In this document: positions 14,398 through 19,841 of the stretch, piece by piece
Position numbering within the stretch: the stretch's first letter is position 1
How the letters are laid out: each line of letters opens with the position of its first letter
IMG/VR virus record: IMGVR_UViG_2541047861_000012
Location: 1 to 19,841 of that record
DNA: 19,841 bases
DNA from: a virus
Taxonomy: Duplodnaviria; Heunggongvirae; Uroviricota; Caudoviricetes
Strand: one strand, 5' to 3'
Program-made: the position numbers and the translations under genes
Notes under the pieces: model-generated
What the model was told of the DNA's origin: nothing
Database searches by the model: none
The model's input: only the letters and a program-made list of their open reading frames with translations

Positions 14398-17114
14398 TAT
14401 TTAGATCCCCACGAAAAGTAATCTTTAAATTTGTCCATACGTTCGTTATGCAGGCGCTGATACTGCTCATCCAGAGCGCGATGCTTGTCTTTGAAGTTTC
14501 GTATAGCCTGTCCACGCATAATTTCTTCCTGCTCGTACTGCTCCCGTTCCTGCTGCATTTTCTTATAAGGTTCCCAATCTTCTAGTGATGGTTCCCAACG
14601 CATAGGACGCCCATGTTTGTTATAAAACGGCTGGACCCGATCGATGCCATTTTCATCCTTAGTTCTTACCATAATGGCGTAATCACCATTACGAGGTGTT
14701 AACACGTCAGGGGTTATGAATAATTCTCCATTAATACGACTCTCAGGGGTTTTTGTCTCAACTACAGGAGCATTACCTGACGTGATCCCAAGCAACGTCG
14801 GACTGGTTGTTATAATCTCTTTGCGCTCACCGTACATCAGCCGTTCTTTTTCAGCTTTCCACTGCGCCGCCTGCCAGCCTGACGGCCCATATTGATAAAG
14901 CGCCTCCGGTGCATATTTCATAAACTGCGCTTCTCCGTTAACCTCGCTGATACTCCAGGTGCGGGCTATCTGCTGGTTGGTCATTTGCTTCGCTACGTCA
15001 GCGTTACCACCAGCAACGCGGTAGTTAATGTCATACAGCGTCTGATAGTCATTACGGAATCTAGCTGCTTCCGGCGTCTGGTCATCCGCAGACGGATCCC
15101 AACGGAACCACTGCGCCATATTGCTGACAGCAGAATTCATCGCCTTGCTGCGATTATTTTTGTACTCTTTTGAACTCTGCGTTGATGCCAATTGAGCTTT
15201 AAGAGCATCGGTCTGGTTGTACGTCAGGTTCTGCGCCTGCTCGATAGCCGCATCAGCAGACATGCCAGAATCTGTTAGTTGCTTAACAGTCAGATAAAAA
15301 CCCTGCATATCCTTCGGCATATTTCCAATAGATGCATTGTCTGTTTCATATAACCGACTAAACAAATTCGCTGCATTTTTAACCACTTCCTGATTGCTGG
15401 ATCTGGATACTGCTGAAAGCTGCGTGATGACCTGCGAAGGCATGATGCCAGTCTGAGCCACAAGCCGAACAACCCCATCATGAGTGGAGGCATCATTAAT
15501 ACGAAAGTTCTGCGCCATTTCTGTGTAATCAGCAGCTTTCTGCATTGATTTGTTGCTTGGGTCTAATTTTTCACCTATTGTCAGCGCCTCATTGAATCTG
15601 CGTGAATCACGTTGCGCCTGAATTGCTTCATTTGATCGCTGAAGCAATGCAGACAATTTTCCGTAAGCATCGAGTTTTAACGCATAGTGAGGATCGTTAA
15701 CCTCAGGCTTCACTTTCTGCATTTCTTCTTGCTGCTGAGAAGGAGGTAAATACTGAATTGCCTGGAATATTCTCGCGTTATCAATCGCTATATCCAGTTG
15801 ATTGATTATTTTATCTGCATTTTTTCCATACCCCCTGATGATAGTCTCCTGAGCCGGTATATAATCTGGAACCTCACCGTTATATAGCTGGGCCATGGTG
15901 TTATTAATAGCTGGCTCAAGCTGTTCTAATATTAACTTCCTTTGCTTTTCTATCTGACTATTAGCAAGGTTATCTATTTGATAAATAGTCAGCGGATCCA
16001 TTCCAGTTTTATTTTTTCTATATCGGGAAAGCCACCCTTGTGTTTCTGATGGAAGATTTCGGATAAATTCTTCTTCTGATATTTCACCTTTACGTGGATC
16101 ACCGACTTTGGCGATCAGTTTATCCACGTTACCCATCCCCCAGTTATATGCTGCTCCGGTCAATATTTCGGAGCCGTACTTACCATACAGTTGATTTACA
16201 TAGTCACTGGCGAGCATTTCATGCTGTTGTTCGTCCGTAGGGTTGTATTTAACGCCACGCTTGGCCGCCAGTTCTTTCCCTGTGCCCGGCATTAACTGGT
16301 ATTTCCCCTGGGCTCTCTCTCCAGAAGATGTTATCGGTCCTTCAAGAAGACTACCATCAGGATTAAAATGTCGATCACCTGATTCAACAAGGCGTATGGC
16401 ACGCATGTCCATGCCTCCAGAATCATTTTTCTGAAACAGACCATTTAGCCATCCTTCTGGATTGGCAGCGGCATAATTCTTCGCCCGCATTTCTGTGGCA
16501 CGGCGATCATCACTTTCTATTTCTTCCAGAATGCGTTCTTGTGACCATCCCCTGGCAGCTCCATATCTAGCAATGGCTACCATTCTGGAATTTCTGGCTA
16601 AAGTGGCAGTTTGCGGGTCATTCCAGGCATCCGCTTCATTTTGTATCCATAATTTTCTCGTTGCCTGATATTGCTCATCTTCATAGGCATTTGTCTGCCC
16701 TATCTCATGTCTGAGAACTCCAGTACTGAACTGAATTTTCTGTGTTCTGGCTTGTTGCAAAAACATATTTCTTGCTGCTTCATCAGTCAATGAAGCAGCT
16801 ATTTCTTCCACATCCTGATCAAATCCAGATATGTACTCTTGCCCCTTACCAATCGCATTTTTGCCTTGTTGTGCATAAAAACCGGTTTGAGGGTTATAAA
16901 GACGTTCATTGCTGCGCTGATTAAGCTGAAGGATGGCATCCTGAGACAATGCAACATTCGCTTTCTGCCTGGCTTCACCATATGCCACCGCATACTGATC
17001 TGCGACATTCGCCAGCACCTGACCTGCTTGAGGAACATCGAAGATCTGAAAACCACCGGTTTGCACACCACGACTTTGCACCTGGCGTCCGGATGTAGTA
17101 GGAACAACAGGCAT
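14397..17114 (-). CDS. internal virion protein with soluble lytic transglycosylase (SLT) domain
   Basis: 905 aa; SLT signature around residues 236-330 (RLVESGDRHF...GKYQLMPGTGKE...AAYNWGMGNV); 1-nt start/stop overlaps with both neighbours. Confidence 0.8.
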   Translation of the reverse strand: MPVVPTTSGRQVQSRGVQTGGFQIFDVPQAGQVLANVADQYAVAYGEARQKANVALSQDAILQLNQRSNERLYNPQTGFYAQQGKNAIGKGQEYISGFDQDVEEIAASLTDEAARNMFLQQARTQKIQFSTGVLRHEIGQTNAYEDEQYQATRKLWIQNEADAWNDPQTATLARNSRMVAIARYGAARGWSQERILEEIESDDRRATEMRAKNYAAANPEGWLNGLFQKNDSGGMDMRAIRLVESGDRHFNPDGSLLEGPITSSGERAQGKYQLMPGTGKELAAKRGVKYNPTDEQQHEMLASDYVNQLYGKYGSEILTGAAYNWGMGNVDKLIAKVGDPRKGEISEEEFIRNLPSETQGWLSRYRKNKTGMDPLTIYQIDNLANSQIEKQRKLILEQLEPAINNTMAQLYNGEVPDYIPAQETIIRGYGKNADKIINQLDIAIDNARIFQAIQYLPPSQQQEEMQKVKPEVNDPHYALKLDAYGKLSALLQRSNEAIQAQRDSRRFNEALTIGEKLDPSNKSMQKAADYTEMAQNFRINDASTHDGVVRLVAQTGIMPSQVITQLSAVSRSSNQEVVKNAANLFSRLYETDNASIGNMPKDMQGFYLTVKQLTDSGMSADAAIEQAQNLTYNQTDALKAQLASTQSSKEYKNNRSKAMNSAVSNMAQWFRWDPSADDQTPEAARFRNDYQTLYDINYRVAGGNADVAKQMTNQQIARTWSISEVNGEAQFMKYAPEALYQYGPSGWQAAQWKAEKERLMYGERKEIITTSPTLLGITSGNAPVVETKTPESRINGELFITPDVLTPRNGDYAIMVRTKDENGIDRVQPFYNKHGRPMRWEPSLEDWEPYKKMQQEREQYEQEEIMRGQAIRNFKDKHRALDEQYQRLHNERMDKFKDYFSWGSK

Positions 17115-17689
17115 CAGTAACCTCCTATTTTGAATCGGGAGTCAGAATTCATAAAACCTGAGTTAGATAACATTGGCGTCCCACCACTAGATGTACTTCC
17201 TTTAGAGAACGGACTCCACGTCCCACCAAACATCTGGTACGCACCGTATGCCTTCAGAGGCGCAGTGAGCAATGTTGTTGCTGCTCCCACATTCCCCTGT
17301 TTACGGGCTGAACTGGCTTCTGCTTTATAGTTGGCAGCCTGAACCTGATAACCGTAAGCCTCGCGTTGCGCGTTATTCACCGTCGTCAGAGAATCAAGAG
17401 CGCCAAACTGGGCAGTGTCGCCAAATATATCCAGCGCGTTACCTGTAGATAAATCAGCGCCGGTAGCCCCCATTGTCGCCGCCTGTGTACCAAGCCGCTG
17501 TCGGGTCTCTCTGCGCCGTTGCTCAGCTTCAGCGTTACCTCTGTTTATTGCATCATTTGCCTGAGCTGTGGCTATATCTGCGTTCGCTTCTGCAACCTTC
17601 GAGGCATACTTTCCCTGTTGGTACTGGGTGTATGCCTGAATGCCACTCATGGCGAGCATTGCGCCACCAGCAATAACCGGATCGCACAT
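17114..17689 (-). CDS. internal virion protein A-like (T7 gp14-like)
   Basis: 191 aa beginning MCDPVIAGGAMLAMSGIQA..., resembling the N-terminus of T7 gp14; Ala/Gln-rich; translationally coupled to neighbours. Confidence 0.65.
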   Translation of the reverse strand: MCDPVIAGGAMLAMSGIQAYTQYQQGKYASKVAEANADIATAQANDAINRGNAEAEQRRRETRQRLGTQAATMGATGADLSTGNALDIFGDTAQFGALDSLTTVNNAQREAYGYQVQAANYKAEASSARKQGNVGAATTLLTAPLKAYGAYQMFGGTWSPFSKGSTSSGGTPMLSNSGFMNSDSRFKIGGY

Positions 17690-18153
17690 TATTTTCTCTC
17701 CATGTGAAATCTGTGGAAATTAAGACCAAGAGCACCATAAGGCGCGGCTTCTTCAAGCCTGAATCCAAGCCAGTGCAGCCATGCTTTGGCAACATGGTTT
17801 CGCTCGTCGACATAGTTTTCCAGGCGCGGATAAACTGCCAGCATCTGCTGCAATACAGGGCGGCAGTGGCGAAGAAATGTCTTCTGATATTTTTCGATAC
17901 GACTGGTTCCGACCAGCCAGGGCGTACCATTGCCACCGATCATTGACGCCGGAGATACGCCAAACATGGTTACCAGTTCTCCGTTCGCAAATCCTGACCA
18001 GGCCATAGTCGCAGTACGCAGACCAACACGCAGCGCATCTTCGGTAGTCATCAGTGATACCGCATACAGTTCGTCAATATCAGCCTGACGAACATCCGGC
18101 AAAATCATCTGAAGATGCTCTTCGGTTGCGGGAATAATTTGAACGTCAATCAT
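17689..18153 (-). CDS. hypothetical virion-module protein (154 aa)
   Basis: Uninterrupted ORF with 1-nt overlaps to both flanking genes in the coupled structural operon; no motif recognised. Confidence 0.6.
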   Translation of the reverse strand: MIDVQIIPATEEHLQMILPDVRQADIDELYAVSLMTTEDALRVGLRTATMAWSGFANGELVTMFGVSPASMIGGNGTPWLVGTSRIEKYQKTFLRHCRPVLQQMLAVYPRLENYVDERNHVAKAWLHWLGFRLEEAAPYGALGLNFHRFHMERK

Positions 18154-19718
18154 CAGAATCCCCCAACAGTAAGGCGAGGAATAACGGCAAGAACAGACAG
18201 CGGCAACGGGTCAAGCTGACGGATTTTTACACGTCCGTTTTTGCCCCAGTTACTGTCCAGTTTCACTTCTACTTTTCCGGTAGCATCATCAACAGGATCA
18301 TCGTAGAACTCGAATTCACGCTGTGGATATTCGTACCATTTACCGCCGGGCGTAGTCGCCCAGATGCCGCGACTGGCATTCACAACCAGAGTAACGGACG
18401 GGATCACCTGTTTTTTGTCCAGCAGCGTTTCCTGTCCGTTAATGTTGATATCCAGTGTTTCGAATTCAGCAGTTATTGGCAGGCCGATGTGCACAACAGC
18501 CCCAGGTGATTCCAGCGTGACGGCACCTCCGGAAACCACTTTCTGTGGCTCAACATTCGCATCAGAAAGAATGTTTACGGTCTGTCCTTCAAGATGAGAC
18601 AGGCCTCCAAATGTCCGGCGCGCCATCTGCCAGTTCGTGGTGGCCGTATTCCTGAGGGATGGCGGGACGTTCCTGTTGGCACGAACCACTACAGCGGTAT
18701 TGCTGGTTACAGAAATAATGTCGCAACGTAATTCTTTTGACACTTCATCGCCAGTATCAGGATCAGTTCCGGTATAAGGGAACTGTAGTTGCGCACCGAC
18801 ATCACTACTGGTGAAGTACGCACCACCAGAAACACTGATTGTATATTCCGCGCGGTAATCCCATTCGCCAGAACCACCAGTGATTGTCATCGTTCTGTCA
18901 GACGTATTTCTTCCATCATAGCTAAGGCCAGAATCAACAAAGAAAGCATCTTCATCGCTGGTAAATAAACGGCTGGACAGTCGCTCGATGTATCTCACTG
19001 TTTGCCCGTTAACGGTTCGGTTAATGACGAAATACACCGCATCTTCATTGCCTTCGCTGATACTGCATGTGCTTTCATATTTTCCGGTACTGGACTGTGG
19101 TGCCCATGCAAAAACCTGTTGATCACGCAAATAGGTCATCACCAGTAATTTACCGTCATCACGAATGCAGAAGGCGCTGGAGTAAGGGACAATAGAGAAG
19201 CACCAGTCAACAATGCTGTGCTTCTGAAAAAGATGATTGGCAAGGATAGTAAGGTCGTTCCCCTGATAGCCGTCAACATCGAATGAGTAGGCCAGATCAC
19301 GGACAACACTGCCTTTCTCCTGGACGAACAGAGCAATATTCGCCACGGCAATTGGTGGGACATTGCTCGAGCCATTTGATCCCTGAGAGCTGAATGCAAA
19401 TGATGATGGGGTTAACACTTTGTTCTGGTCGCCGGTGATGACGTACTCACCTCCGGAAGTCAGTGCCACCAGCGAACCGACATCAATCAGGTGGCGGATC
19501 TCATTAACCTGACGCCCGGCATAGGTGTAGATAATTCTGTCGTCATCCTGCGTAGGATTGCTTTTGCCAAAATCCTTATAATCCCCGGTACGGCTGGCCC
19601 AGATAGTCTGAGGGAACGCAGTCGATGCGGCGAAGTAAAGACGTTGTTGATAATAAACAACAGTGCCAGGATAACCATTAACACTGTTCCAGGCATATTT
19701 AGCCCATTTATAGCTGGC
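18153..19718 (-). pseudogene. podovirus tail gene (gp12-like position), 5'-truncated by IS insertion
   Basis: Open frame of about 521 codons runs from the IS junction at 19718/19719 to stop 18153; the first 31 codons of the reported ORF 18153-19811 are read from IS sequence, so the native start and N-terminal part are missing from this side of the IS. Confidence 0.7.
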
Positions 19719-19841
19719 TGAACCGCCCCGGGAATCCTGGAGACTAAACTTCCTGAGAAAGAGGTAAACAGGATGACTAAAAATACTCGTTTTTCCCCCG
19801 AAGTCCGTCAACGGGCAGTCCGTATGGTTCTGGAAAGTCAG
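19719..19841 (+). mobile_element. IS3-family insertion sequence (IS629/IS1203-like), left end, continues beyond window
   Basis: Terminal sequence TGAACCGCCCCGGGAATCCTGGAGACTAAACTTCCTGAGAAAGAGGTAAACAGG begins with the IS3-family TG end and matches the IS629-type left inverted repeat as I recall it; followed by orfA. Confidence 0.8.
19773..19841 (+). CDS. IS3-family transposase OrfA, N-terminal 23 codons (partial)
   Basis: ATG 19773; translation MTKNTRFSPEVRQRAVRMVLESQ is the characteristic N-terminus of IS629-group OrfA (helix-turn-helix region); truncated by the window end. Confidence 0.8.
   Translation, partial: MTKNTRFSPEVRQRAVRMVLESQ

Noticed and set aside
11438-17120. Many 60-120-aa ORFs on both strands within the 1004-aa and 905-aa genes
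   Set aside because: Nested in long, tightly coupled structural genes; typical spurious frames.
17130-18008. Plus-strand ORFs overlapping the 191-aa and 154-aa genes, and minus ORF 17553-17936
   Set aside because: Overlap the coupled minus-strand operon and have no ribosome-binding sites.
19719-19811. N-terminal 31 codons of ORF 18153-19811 (MTDFGGKTSIFSHPVYLFLRKFSLQDSRGGS)
   Set aside because: This stretch is the reverse-strand reading of the IS left end and orfA start, not phage coding sequence; the tail gene is truncated at 19718.
1-19841. CRISPR arrays, tRNA or rRNA genes
   Set aside because: No direct-repeat/spacer periodicity and no cloverleaf-like or rRNA-like sequence found by eye; the Gly-codon repetition at 230-330 is coding low complexity.

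Overview
This window looks like the distal part of a defective, temperate podovirus-type prophage in an enterobacterial chromosome. All homology calls are motif-level recognition by eye; no database search or folding could be run. Reading the minus strand from high to low coordinates: an IS3-family (IS629-like) element at the right edge truncates a tail gene (18153-19718). Next comes a translationally coupled virion operon (154-aa, 191-aa gp14-like, 905-aa SLT-domain and 1004-aa internal virion/ejection proteins, 11383-18153). Then a P22 immI-like accessory and regulatory island (about 6.6-11.4 kb). It holds an AT-rich moron in the sieA position (chimeric Mnt-like RHH protein plus a membrane protein), back-to-back promoters with four CACCGTG/CACGGTG operator heptads, and an arc-ant operon with a predicted sar-like antisense RNA. 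It also holds two convergent antirepressor genes whose identical 77-codon C-terminal module forms a 256-bp inverted repeat around an orphan 211-aa gene, plus a stand-alone homologue of that module. Then come a 1039-aa depolymerase tailspike (3394-6513) and a lysis cassette (two holin-like proteins, GH19 endolysin, embedded Rz/Rz1-type spanins, 1290-3087). Past a bidirectional terminator lie two plus-strand genes for a lipoprotein and a secreted coiled-coil protein, in the position lambda uses for bor. The best candidates for an undescribed system are the AT-rich two-gene block (10286-11371) and the orphan gene bracketed by the inverted repeat (8207-8842). No rRNA, tRNA or CRISPR array was seen.
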